DNA from: an uncultured Thermoplasmatales archaeon | GTDB taxonomy: Archaea > Thermoplasmatota > E2 > DHVEG-1 | DNA: 64,000 nt | NCBI GenBank assembly: GCA_964618505.1 | Contig: CAZUBH010000001.1 | Location: forward strand, 31,567-95,566 | Direction of reading: 5' to 3' | Shown here: piece after piece, positions 39,316 to 49,139 of the stretch | Position numbering within the stretch: position 1 is the stretch's first letter | Layout: every line of letters begins with the position of its first letter | The notes under the pieces: generated by a model | The model's database searches: none | What the model saw: the letters and a program-made list of their open reading frames with translations, nothing else | What the model was told of the DNA's origin: nothing | Position numbers and translations under genes: made by a program

Positions 39316-39345
39316 AAATCTAAAAGAGAATTAGCAATTTATAAA

Positions 39346-39477
39346 TTAGGGTTCGACAAAACTATCGATTCTTTTCTTTCTTACATTCAAACTGCCACAA
39401 TGAGGACATCTATTCCAAATGTTAAAATTCTCTTTTATTAAATTTCCACAGTTGCTACAACACCAGCGATATGCCAT
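39346..39477 (-). CDS. 43-aa CPxCG-type zinc-finger microprotein
   Basis: Below the ORF-track cutoff. MAYRWCCSNCGNLIKENFNIWNRCPHCGSLNVRKKRIDSFVEP with a strong GGGGAGGA SD. Confidence 0.75.
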   Translation of the reverse strand: MAYRWCCSNCGNLIKENFNIWNRCPHCGSLNVRKKRIDSFVEP

Positions 39478-39652
39478 ATTTCCTCCCCATAATATGTATG
39501 AAAATTGTTTATTTAAAATTAACTAAAATTATAATTTAAAAAATATTTCTTATTTTAAATATTGCACTTTCTATTGTGCATGCTATCTAAACCATATTCT
39601 TTAAATAATACATGTTTTATACGATTGCAAATCAAAATCATGCTGATGTCAT

Positions 39653-39829
39653 ATGGAAATGAACTTAAATGAAAGATTTAAAGATTTCATTGTAGCTTTT
39701 CTGCTTCTTATTTTACCTTGGATTGTAATTATTATTGGTATGATTGTAAGTGTTGAAAGTGTATGGTATTATGCACTTTCAATTACATGGTTTGGAACTG
39801 GATTAATATTTTTTAGTGCATTGAATTGA
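39653..39829 (+). CDS. 58-aa two-TM microprotein
   Basis: Below the ORF-track cutoff. MEMNLNERFKDFIVAFLLLILPWIVIIIGMIVSVESVWYYALSITWFGTGLIFFSALN. Confidence 0.65.
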   Translation: MEMNLNERFKDFIVAFLLLILPWIVIIIGMIVSVESVWYYALSITWFGTGLIFFSALN

Positions 39830-39888
39830 TTTTTCAAAACCAAAACAATTTAAATTGAAGAACCTATTCTGTATGACTGTTGATAGGG

Positions 39889-41508
39889 ATGGTTAATTAT
39901 ATCATTGTGACGGGAGGAGTTATTTCTGGTTTGGGTAAAGGAATAACTACTGCTTCAATTGGAAAGATTTTGCAATTGCATGGTTACAAAGTAACTGCAA
40001 TGAAAATAGATCCTTACATGAACTATGATGCTGGTACTTTAAGACCAACTGAACATGGTGAGGTTTGGGTAACAGAGGATGGTGGGGAAATAGATCAGGA
40101 TCTTGGTCATTATGAGCGTTTTCTTGATGTAAACATTCCAAAATATCACAATATTACAACGGGTCAAGTTTACAGTGCAGTAATTGAAAAGGAAAGGAAA
40201 GGAAAATATCTTGGTAAAACGGTTCAGCCAATTCCTCATGTAACAAATGAAATAAAAGAAAGAATTAGAAGACCTGCATCAGAAAACGGTTGGGATTTTG
40301 TTCTTGTTGAAATAGGCGGAACTGTTGGCGACTATGAGAATCAATTATTTTTAGAAGCAGTCCGTCAAATGAAATTAGAAGGAGAAAAAGTAGTATTTGT
40401 TCATGTGACATATGTTCCAAAGCTAAATGCACTTGGAGAAGCTAAAACAAAACCCACTCAACACTCAGTTAAACTTCTTCGTGAAATAGGTATAATGCCA
40501 GATTTTATTATTGCACGATCCGAAAGTCCGTTAGACAGCGTAAGACGTGAAAAAATTGCTATGTTTTGTAATGTTCATGAAGATGATGTGATATCAAATG
40601 AGGATGTTGACAATATTTATGCAGTATCACTTCTTTTTGAAAAACAAGACCTGTGTAAAAAAATTCTAAGGAAGCTAAATCTTAGAAAAGATCATAATGA
40701 TCTTGAAGGTTGGGAAAAATTTATCAAAAAAATTAGAAGAGTTAAAAATGTTGTAAAGATAGGAATTGTTGGTAAATATTTTGATATTGGCACAAGTCAA
40801 CTTTCTGATAGCTATATTAGTGTAATAGAAGCAATAAAGCATGCTACCTGGAATAACAATCTCACACCGCAAGTTCATTGGATCGACTCTAAAGAATTTG
40901 AGAAAGACCCAAAAAAACTTTCAAATATAGATAAACTTGATGGTATAATTGTTCCAGGCGGATTTGGTAAATCAGGAATAGACGGTAAAATAGAGACAAT
41001 TCGTTATTGTCGCGAAAATAAAGTTCCATTTCTGGGCCTATGTTTGGGTATGCAGCTTGCAGTTGTCGAATATTCTAAAAATGTTTGTAAAATTAAAGGC
41101 GCTAATACTGTGGAAGTTGATAAAAAAGCAAAACATCCTGTTATTGATTTTATTCCGGATCAGGTTAAAATTATTCAAGAGTCAAGATATGGTGCAACTA
41201 TGAGACTTGGTGCCTGGCCCGCTGTTCTTAAAAAAGGCAGTTTAATATACAAATTATATGGTAAGGAAAATGTTTCTGAGAGACATCGCCATAGATATGA
41301 AGTAAATCCAGATTATGTTGAAAGAATTGAAAAAGGAGGATTTGTTTTTTCAGGTCGTTCTCCCGATGGAATTTTAATGGAATTTATGGAGCTTACAAAT
41401 CATCCTTATTTTGTTGCAACTCAAGCACATCCTGAATTTAAAAGTAGACCCATGAAACCTGCACCTATGTTTAATGGTCTGATTAAAGCTGCAAAGAAAA
41501 GAAAATAA
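39889..41508 (+). CDS. pyrG: CTP synthase
   Basis: GGVISGLGKG, KTKPTQHSV, GLCLGMQ, ERHRHRYE and QAHPEF. Confidence 0.97.
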   Translation: MVNYIIVTGGVISGLGKGITTASIGKILQLHGYKVTAMKIDPYMNYDAGTLRPTEHGEVWVTEDGGEIDQDLGHYERFLDVNIPKYHNITTGQVYSAVIEKERKGKYLGKTVQPIPHVTNEIKERIRRPASENGWDFVLVEIGGTVGDYENQLFLEAVRQMKLEGEKVVFVHVTYVPKLNALGEAKTKPTQHSVKLLREIGIMPDFIIARSESPLDSVRREKIAMFCNVHEDDVISNEDVDNIYAVSLLFEKQDLCKKILRKLNLRKDHNDLEGWEKFIKKIRRVKNVVKIGIVGKYFDIGTSQLSDSYISVIEAIKHATWNNNLTPQVHWIDSKEFEKDPKKLSNIDKLDGIIVPGGFGKSGIDGKIETIRYCRENKVPFLGLCLGMQLAVVEYSKNVCKIKGANTVEVDKKAKHPVIDFIPDQVKIIQESRYGATMRLGAWPAVLKKGSLIYKLYGKENVSERHRHRYEVNPDYVERIEKGGFVFSGRSPDGILMEFMELTNHPYFVATQAHPEFKSRPMKPAPMFNGLIKAAKKRK

Positions 41509-41511
41509 AAA

Positions 41512-42894
41512 TTATTTAGATTTTAAGTATTCGTCGATTGCTCTTGCTGCTTTTTTTCCAGCACCCATTGCAAGAATTACAGTTGCAGCACCAGTTGCAA
41601 TATCTCCTCCAGCATAAACGCCTTCAACACTTGTTTTACCGTTTTCATCTACTTTTAGATTTCCCCATTTTTCTTGCTCTAGTTCTTTCATTGATTGAGG
41701 TACAAGTGGATTTGGACTTTGTCCAATTGCAACAAGTGCAGTATCTATTTCAATTGTAAATTCAGATCCTTCAATTGGAATTGGTCTTCTTCTGCCACTA
41801 TCATCAGGCTCTCCCAGTTTCATTTCTATACATTTGACTGCTTTTAGTTTTCCTTTTTCATCGCCAATAAATTCAACTGGGTTTGTTAAAAGCTTAAAAA
41901 TGACTCCTTCTTCTTTTGCATGATGAACTTCTTCAATTCTTGCAGGCATTTCTTTTTCTGTTCTTCTATAGATTATGTATGATTTTTTAGCACCCATCCT
42001 AAGTGCTGTACGTGCACAATCCATTGCAACATTTCCAGCTCCAAATGTAGCTGCCACTCCTCCAACGGTACATGGTGTGCAATGATGAGGAAAATCGTAT
42101 GCTTTCATCATATTTACTCTTGTTAAAAATTCGTTTGCACTGTAAACGCCATCAAGACTTTCACCAGATATGTTTAGCCATCTAGGTAAGCCTGCACCAG
42201 TTCCTATAAAAACTGAATCAAAATCTTCAAGTAATTCTTGGATAGTTAATGTTTTTCCTACTACTACATCATATTTTATTTCAACACCAAGACTTTTAAT
42301 GAAGTTAACCTCGGCATGAACAATTTCTTTTGGCAGCCTGAACTCAGGAATTCCATACATTAGAACTCCGCCGGGTGCATGAAGTGCTTCAAAAATTGTA
42401 ACATCGTGACCCATTTTTGCAAGATCTCCTGCACATGTAAGACCAGCAGGTCCAGCACCGACAATTGCTACTTTTTTACCTGTTGGTTTTACTTGTTTTG
42501 GTTCTTTCATTCCTTTTTCTCTTTCGTAGTCTGCTAAAAAACGCTCTAGTCTACCAATTGCAACAGGTTCACCCAGCTTGTTTAATGTACATTCCCCTTC
42601 ACATTGGTTTTCATAAGGACAAACTCTACCACAAACTGCAGGAAGTGCTGTTTTTGATTTTAAAACTTCGACTGCCTTGTCTAGATTACCTTTTGCAATT
42701 TCTTTTATAAATTCAGGAATCTCAACTTCAACTGGACAGCCTATTGTACAGGGTCTATTTTTACACTGAATACAACGCTTTGCCTCTTCAATAGCAGTTT
42801 CTTTAGAATATCCATAGGGAACTTCGTTAAAGTTCTGAATTCTTTTTTTTGGATCCTGTTCAGGCATCTTGTGCTTTTCTTTTTTTACAGCCAT
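41512..42894 (-). CDS. nfnB: NfnB/SudA (GltD-like) large subunit of electron-bifurcating transhydrogenase
   Basis: RCIQC...CTIGCP, CGRVCPYENQCE, GAGPAG and YGIPEFRLPK; paired with a SudB-like gene. Confidence 0.85.
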   Translation of the reverse strand: MAVKKEKHKMPEQDPKKRIQNFNEVPYGYSKETAIEEAKRCIQCKNRPCTIGCPVEVEIPEFIKEIAKGNLDKAVEVLKSKTALPAVCGRVCPYENQCEGECTLNKLGEPVAIGRLERFLADYEREKGMKEPKQVKPTGKKVAIVGAGPAGLTCAGDLAKMGHDVTIFEALHAPGGVLMYGIPEFRLPKEIVHAEVNFIKSLGVEIKYDVVVGKTLTIQELLEDFDSVFIGTGAGLPRWLNISGESLDGVYSANEFLTRVNMMKAYDFPHHCTPCTVGGVAATFGAGNVAMDCARTALRMGAKKSYIIYRRTEKEMPARIEEVHHAKEEGVIFKLLTNPVEFIGDEKGKLKAVKCIEMKLGEPDDSGRRRPIPIEGSEFTIEIDTALVAIGQSPNPLVPQSMKELEQEKWGNLKVDENGKTSVEGVYAGGDIATGAATVILAMGAGKKAARAIDEYLKSK

Positions 42895-42895
42895 A

Positions 42896-43723
42896 TCACT
42901 CTACTCCTTGAAGCATTTTACAGGATTTTTCTTCTTCACGAACAAAACGTCTATTACGAAGCATTAAATTGTCAAAATCAACCTTGTGACCATCAAACTC
43001 AGGACCGTCAACACATGCAAATTTAATCTCTCCACCAACTGTAACTCTACATCCTCCGCACATACCTGTTCCATCGACCATTATTGGATTTAGGGAAACA
43101 ATAGTTTTTAGATTGTATTTTTTAGTTAGGTCTGCGACAACTTTCATCATAATTACAGGCCCAATTGCCCAAAAAATATTGATTTTTGTACCATTTTCAA
43201 TAAGCTTTTGAAGAACTGTTGTGACAAAACCCTTTGTTCCTTTTGAACCGTCATCTGTAGCAATATGAAGCTCATCACTGCACTCTTCAATTTCTTTTTC
43301 AAGCATTAAAAGATTTTTATTTCTGGCGCCAAGAATACTAATGACATTATTTCCTGCATCTTTAAGAGCTCTAATAATTGGATATAGTGGTGCTATACCA
43401 ACACCTCCACCAATACATACGACGGTCCCGTAGTTTTCTATTTCTGAAGGCTCACCAAGCGGTCCTGCAAAATTTAAAAGTGCATCTCCTTTTTTCATTT
43501 TACCAAGTTGTATCGTTGTCTTTCCTACTTCCATAAAAATAATAGTTATTGTTCCTTTTCCCCTATCATAATCAGCTATTGTAAGAGGTATTCTTTCACC
43601 TTGCTCATCGATACGTAAAATAATGAATTGTCCCGGTTTTGCTTTTTTTGCAACCAAAGGTGCTTTTATCTTCATTAATTTGACGTTATCCGAGAGTATT
43701 TGTTTATCTAATATTTCATACAT
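42896..43723 (-). CDS. nfnA: NfnA/SudB small subunit
   Basis: GERIPLTIAD, GGGVG and MVDGTGMCGGCRV...CVDGPEF. Confidence 0.88.
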   Translation of the reverse strand: MYEILDKQILSDNVKLMKIKAPLVAKKAKPGQFIILRIDEQGERIPLTIADYDRGKGTITIIFMEVGKTTIQLGKMKKGDALLNFAGPLGEPSEIENYGTVVCIGGGVGIAPLYPIIRALKDAGNNVISILGARNKNLLMLEKEIEECSDELHIATDDGSKGTKGFVTTVLQKLIENGTKINIFWAIGPVIMMKVVADLTKKYNLKTIVSLNPIMVDGTGMCGGCRVTVGGEIKFACVDGPEFDGHKVDFDNLMLRNRRFVREEEKSCKMLQGVE

Positions 43724-43810
43724 GGCAAACACATCAAAAATCCCTAATTATGATTACCAGTATTAGAGAAGTTTTTTAAAAGTTTATGATGAAAAAGAAA
43801 AAAAGATAAT

Positions 43811-45073
43811 TTATGGGAATATTCCCCGAAGTTGTATTGCGCGAGATATCTTGTTTATTGCATTTACAAATGCTGCATCTCTAAGAGACATTTTTTCTTT
43901 TTTGTAAATAGTCCAAACATCTAAAAATGCTTTTAACATGATATTTTTTAAATTTTCGTTTACCTGATCAACATCCCAAAAGAATGATTGAATGCCTTGA
44001 ACCCATTCAAAATAACTACAAACTACTCCGCCACTGTTTGCCAGAATATCGGGTACTACATAGACACCCTTTTCCTCTAGAATTTGATCTCCCATTTTTG
44101 TTACAGGACCATTTGCACCTTCAACAATGATTTTTGCTTTTATTTCATCTGCGTTATCGCTATGTATTTGATTTTCAAGTGCTGCAGGAATTAATACATC
44201 TACATCAATATTTAGGAGTTCTTCGTTTGTAATAATCTGGTCATTTTTATTCCAATTGTAATCTTTTAAAAGAGGTGCTCTTGACTTTGAGTTAATATAT
44301 TTTATTATGTTTGGAATGTCAAGCCCTTCGGGGTTATACACTGCTGTACTTACATCACTTATTGCATTAATTTTACAACCCTTTTTATGTAATAATTCTG
44401 CACCAATTGAGCCCACATTTCCAAAACCTTGAACTGCAATAGTTGTTTTTTTTGGGCTTTTCTTGAGTCTATCAAGTATCTCTATTGTATTTAGCATTAC
44501 GCCTCTTCCTGTTGCTTCTCTTCGACCTAAAGAACCGCCTAATTCTAGAGGCTTACCAGTAACAATGTCAAGAACTGTTTTTCCTTCATTCATAGATACA
44601 GCATCCATGAACCAGCCCATTGTTTCTGCACTTGTATTGACATCAGGTGCAGGTATGTCCCTACGTGGTCCAATTATAGGAAGTATCATTGACGCATATC
44701 TTTTGGTTAAGCTTTGAAGTTCTCTGTTTGATAACTTCGAAGGATTGCATGTAATTCCTCCTTTAGCACCGCCATAAGGAACGTTTGCAACAGCACATTT
44801 GAAGCTCATAAGAGTTGCAAGTGCTTTTACTTCGTCCAAATCAGTTGCAGGATGATAACGAACACCGCCTTTGCAGGGCCCCCGAGCACTTGAGTGCTGT
44901 ACACGAAATCCAGTAAAAACTTCAATATCCCCGTTGTCTCTTTCTATGGGAATTTGCACGGTCAACTCTCTTTCAGGCTGTTTTAAAATTTTATGAATTC
45001 CTTTATCTAAATTTATTTTTTCAGATATTTTATCAATTTGGGAAAGAACACTTCCATAAAATGATTGAACCAT
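43811..45073 (-). CDS. gdhA: Glutamate dehydrogenase (family II) paralogue 1
   Basis: GPCKGGVRYHP, FKCA...GGAKGG, APDVNT, REATGRG, QGFGNVG and EGAN. Confidence 0.92.
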   Translation of the reverse strand: MVQSFYGSVLSQIDKISEKINLDKGIHKILKQPERELTVQIPIERDNGDIEVFTGFRVQHSSARGPCKGGVRYHPATDLDEVKALATLMSFKCAVANVPYGGAKGGITCNPSKLSNRELQSLTKRYASMILPIIGPRRDIPAPDVNTSAETMGWFMDAVSMNEGKTVLDIVTGKPLELGGSLGRREATGRGVMLNTIEILDRLKKSPKKTTIAVQGFGNVGSIGAELLHKKGCKINAISDVSTAVYNPEGLDIPNIIKYINSKSRAPLLKDYNWNKNDQIITNEELLNIDVDVLIPAALENQIHSDNADEIKAKIIVEGANGPVTKMGDQILEEKGVYVVPDILANSGGVVCSYFEWVQGIQSFFWDVDQVNENLKNIMLKAFLDVWTIYKKEKMSLRDAAFVNAINKISRAIQLRGIFP

Positions 45074-45154
45074 GGTAATACCTCTTTTACTGTGATGCGG
45101 CATCTCTTTTTTATATAAAAATATTTTGAACAATAAAATTATTAAAAGTTTGAA

Positions 45155-48100
45155 TCAAGATTTTAGGATAATTGCTTGACCTTTTCTACCATTTAGTTTT
45201 ATTGTCAATGGTTTTGATAATTTTATATGTCTTATAAATTTCATTTGTTTTTCATCCTTTTTTCTATTTAACCAATCCCAATCTATATAGCTTCCATCTG
45301 AATTTAAAGTCGTGTTTATATATCCAATTCCACGAGACATTATGTTTTGGAAAAAATGAGTTCCCTGTGAGGGTTTAATATTAAAATCCTTTAGAGCGGA
45401 TTCGACAATTATTTTAACGTTTGAAATTTGGCTCCATTTTACAGGTATCCCAAGAAAACTGTCTTGAGTGCCCCACCGACCTGGACCGATTAGCACATAA
45501 GGCTCGTTGATATTTTTATTAATCTTTTCAACCTCTTGTGCTATTTGAACTGTTTTTGAAAAATTAAAAGTTTTAGGATTTATATAAACAATATTTTTTA
45601 TATTATCGATGACACCATTTCCTAATGCTTTATTTGATTTTAAGAAAATATCTTCTTTTTTAATGCTATTTTCATCCCAAGTTACCTCATAACGTTCATG
45701 AGATATTACAAGAGGTCTTATCTGCAATATTGAAAAGATAGACTTTTCAATATTTTCTGGATCAATATCTGCTGCAAATTCAATTTCAACATGACAACCC
45801 ATCCCTTGCTTTCCAAGTTTTAGTAAATCTTGCAATATGGGGGCAAGTGGAAAAAAATCATATTTTAAAATATTTGCAAATGTCAAAAGATGTGGCCCTG
45901 AAGGTGAAAATTCATCTCTTATTATTCCATCATTTTTATCATATGTGCTGGCAATATATGCTAGAGAATTATCATCAATAACTTCTGATAATTCAATTTT
46001 ATCAAGTGTAGATTCTTCATTTTCAGAAAGATTGAAGTCTTTTTTAGTTGTATTTAAAACATATAACTTTTTTTGAGTGTTTTGAAAAATATCCTTTGGT
46101 GTTGAAAATTCAGGTATCATTTTTGGATGCTTGGGTGAAAAACGAAGAACCTTTTCCCCGCCCACAACAGAATAACCAAGACCCATAGCAATACTAGTTA
46201 TCCCATCATCTCTTTTTTGATGGCCAACTGGATAGAAGTTGTAGGATTGTGCAACTCCAGAAAAGGTTGGATAGTAATTACCATTATAATCTCTTCCAAC
46301 TAGTTCTTGTATTACAATACCCATTTTTTCTTCTTCAATTTTAGATGCAGTTGACTCGATATATTCTCTTGCATCCTTGAAAAAGACAGAAGCATAAATA
46401 AGCTTAATTGCATCGCTTAATTTTTTTAATCTAATCGTTTTGTCTTTTTGATTATTTGGAAGCATATAGGTGGAGTACATACCTGCAAAAGGTCTGTTTT
46501 GAGAATCTTCTAAAAGACTTGAAGAACGAACTGCGATTGGTTTTTTAAAATGTTTTAGAACCGTCGAAAGCCTGATTTTAATATCCTCTGGTAAATTTGC
46601 TTTTAAAAACCTTTTTGAAATTTCTTTATCTGACAATTTCAATTCATAAATGTTTTGAAGATTATTTTCATAAAGAAATCTATCAAATTCTTCAGTACCT
46701 ATCACTACAGTACTTGGAACAATTATTTTGACATCATTATATTTCTCCTGGATATTATAAATCGAAAGAAGAGACCTCATAAATGCAATACCTCTAGCCT
46801 TACCTCCAAGAAGATTTCCACTTAATTTTGTAAAAGAAGATTCAAACTCAAATTTTTGCTGTAAAAAATCAGTCATGACACCTAGTTGTTTATCACGCCT
46901 GCTTTCATTGAATACTTTAACTAAATATTGTCTATTCTCATCAAGATTTTTAAAATCTGTAACTTTTTGTGTTTGAAGTTTTCGTGCTAGTTTAAATTCA
47001 CCTCTTGCCATAAGCCATTTCGAAAAATCATTTCTTTCTGCATGAAATTGGATAGATTCTAGAGGGATTTTTTGCAGAGTTTCTTCAAATTCTTTCATAT
47101 TCGAAGCTGTTGCAATTTTAGTTGTCATGTCATGAATTTCTGCAGGCATATCAGGTTTTTTACCCCTTTTTGGCCTTAGGAATATAAAATCTCCAAAACC
47201 AAGATGATTTAAAAGAAAATGTTGAAAATCCTGCATTAGGGTTGGAGAATTTTTATCAAGAAATATAGCACCCAAACTTTCAGCTCTTTTTCTATTTGCA
47301 GACTCTGAGGATTGAAGAGAAACAGGGATGTATGGATTACTTTTTTTAATCATTTTAATAAAATCATAACCAGCGTTAGGATTTTCTTTTAACTTTCTAA
47401 AAAATCTTACATCGCTTATTACTCCAAGTATGTTGTTTTTATATTTTTTATAGAGTTTTTTCCCTTCTTCAAAATTATCAGTTAAAATGATTTTTGGTCT
47501 GCCTCTTCTTCTTAGAAGCCTTTGAGTTTCATTTAAATCCTCTGATAATGATCTTTGAACCTGATTTACGACTTCAGTGTAAATAATAGGTAAAAACATT
47601 GAATAATATTTAATAGAATCTTCAAGCATTAAAATTATTTGCACATTTCCATTTTTTACATCATAAGGAGCATTGATTTTATCTTCAACATTCTTTATAA
47701 TTGCTAAAAAAAGACTAGCGTCTCCATTCCAAAAAAATATTTTATCGATTCCTTCTGGTTTTTTATCTCTCATTATATATAGATCATCAACATCTGTTGC
47801 AAGTTGAACAACAGGAATGTCAGAACATAATTTTTTTAATTTTTTACCAAATTCAAAAGGAGACATTCCAATATTTTTTGACATAGTAATAATTAGGTCG
47901 TATTGATTTTTTTTCAATTTATCTAGAGCTTCTTTTCCAGAAGAAACTCGTGTCACTCTGGGTGGTGAGCTAAGTAGGTAGTGTCTATATTCTTCTATTA
48001 CCATCTCAGAAATTAAACCTTCTTCTTCAATGATAAATGCATCATAAAGACTTGATACAAGAAGTATTTCACGTACTTTGAAAGGCATGAGATTGTGTAA

Positions 48101-48181
48101 AATTTGTATCATCGGTTTTTGCTCTTCAATGTGTTTTTTAAAGGCTGGCAAATCTAGACAAGTTATTTTTTCAGTATCCAT
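45155..48181 (-). CDS. Pseudo-REC - REC - DUF5752-like - PPDK-type ATP-grasp - His-domain protein (dikinase-like 1)
   Basis: REC: MLEDS / ISDVRF / LQSS / LDK. ATP-grasp: GGKARG, VRSSSLLED, FAG, IQELVG, IEFA and LQIRP. His domain: GPGRWG...SQGTHFFQ. Confidence 0.85.
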   Translation of the reverse strand: MDTEKITCLDLPAFKKHIEEQKPMIQILHNLMPFKVREILLVSSLYDAFIIEEEGLISEMVIEEYRHYLLSSPPRVTRVSSGKEALDKLKKNQYDLIITMSKNIGMSPFEFGKKLKKLCSDIPVVQLATDVDDLYIMRDKKPEGIDKIFFWNGDASLFLAIIKNVEDKINAPYDVKNGNVQIILMLEDSIKYYSMFLPIIYTEVVNQVQRSLSEDLNETQRLLRRRGRPKIILTDNFEEGKKLYKKYKNNILGVISDVRFFRKLKENPNAGYDFIKMIKKSNPYIPVSLQSSESANRKRAESLGAIFLDKNSPTLMQDFQHFLLNHLGFGDFIFLRPKRGKKPDMPAEIHDMTTKIATASNMKEFEETLQKIPLESIQFHAERNDFSKWLMARGEFKLARKLQTQKVTDFKNLDENRQYLVKVFNESRRDKQLGVMTDFLQQKFEFESSFTKLSGNLLGGKARGIAFMRSLLSIYNIQEKYNDVKIIVPSTVVIGTEEFDRFLYENNLQNIYELKLSDKEISKRFLKANLPEDIKIRLSTVLKHFKKPIAVRSSSLLEDSQNRPFAGMYSTYMLPNNQKDKTIRLKKLSDAIKLIYASVFFKDAREYIESTASKIEEEKMGIVIQELVGRDYNGNYYPTFSGVAQSYNFYPVGHQKRDDGITSIAMGLGYSVVGGEKVLRFSPKHPKMIPEFSTPKDIFQNTQKKLYVLNTTKKDFNLSENEESTLDKIELSEVIDDNSLAYIASTYDKNDGIIRDEFSPSGPHLLTFANILKYDFFPLAPILQDLLKLGKQGMGCHVEIEFAADIDPENIEKSIFSILQIRPLVISHERYEVTWDENSIKKEDIFLKSNKALGNGVIDNIKNIVYINPKTFNFSKTVQIAQEVEKINKNINEPYVLIGPGRWGTQDSFLGIPVKWSQISNVKIIVESALKDFNIKPSQGTHFFQNIMSRGIGYINTTLNSDGSYIDWDWLNRKKDEKQMKFIRHIKLSKPLTIKLNGRKGQAIILKS

Positions 48182-48290
48182 GTTAGTTTTTGTATAATTG
48201 ATATTTCAATTAAGTAATTTATTGTAAAAAAACAATTACAAAAAGATTATTTATTATTTGATTGTTTATCAAAATATATTGGTGTATATT

Positions 48291-49139
48291 TTGAAATGCA
48301 TATTTGTTTCTGATTTACATGGAAAAATATCGAAATTTGAAAAACTTTTTACAATAATTGAAAATGAAAAACCCGATGCAATTTTTTTTGGAGGAGATAT
48401 ATTACCCAAACAACTTTCAACAAAAATAGTCGATTTTTTAGATATAAATCTATTTTCAAAAATTAAAAGTATAAAATTAAAGTCAGATAAAGAAATTAGA
48501 TTTTTTATTATCCTTGGAAATGATGATCCTAGAAGTTTTGAAAAATATTTTATTAAAGCCAATGAAGAAAAAATTATAGACTATATTTGTGAAAAAACAG
48601 TTGTTTTTGATGATTTTTTTATAACAGGTTATCCTTATGTTCCTCCAACACCTTTTCAACTTAAGGATTGGGAAAAATATGATGTATCTCGCTTTGTTGA
48701 TGTTGGTTCAGTATCTCCAGAGGAGGGTATAAGATCTTTTGAGATTAATTTGGATTTAATTCGTTATTCAACTATGTCTGAGGATTTAAAAAACCTGTCA
48801 AGAAATATAATTTCAGATAAAGCCATTTATCTTTTTCACTCCCCACCATACAAAACAAAATTAGATAGGGCTGAGTTAGATGGTAAGATGTTTGATCATG
48901 CGCCTATTGATGTTCATATTGGAAGTATTGCAATTAAAAGATTTATTGAGAAAAATCAACCTTTTTTAGCACTTCATGGTCACGTTCATGAAAGTACCAG
49001 ACTTACTGGTTATTGGAAAGAAAAAATTGGTAAAACATATTGTTTTTCAGCAGCACATGATGGATCTGAACTTGTTTTGATTAAGTTTGATACCAATAAT
49101 TTAGATAAATCAGAAAGAGAGGTTATTTCGGTAAACTAA
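48291..49139 (+). CDS. Calcineurin-like metallophosphoesterase
   Basis: SDLHG, GGDI, GNDD, FHSPP and HGHVHE. TTG start at 48291 after GGTG. Confidence 0.85.
   Translation: MKCIFVSDLHGKISKFEKLFTIIENEKPDAIFFGGDILPKQLSTKIVDFLDINLFSKIKSIKLKSDKEIRFFIILGNDDPRSFEKYFIKANEEKIIDYICEKTVVFDDFFITGYPYVPPTPFQLKDWEKYDVSRFVDVGSVSPEEGIRSFEINLDLIRYSTMSEDLKNLSRNIISDKAIYLFHSPPYKTKLDRAELDGKMFDHAPIDVHIGSIAIKRFIEKNQPFLALHGHVHESTRLTGYWKEKIGKTYCFSAAHDGSELVLIKFDTNNLDKSEREVISVN

Noticed and set aside
39346-39477. Calling the zinc-finger microprotein rpo12 (RpoP)
   Set aside because: The similarity is loose, the C-terminus is atypical, and it is not in the usual ribosomal-protein gene context.
41512-42894. Glutamate synthase small subunit (gltD), given the gdh context
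   Set aside because: It is paired with a SudB/NfnA gene and no GltB domains are in the window, so NfnAB fits better.
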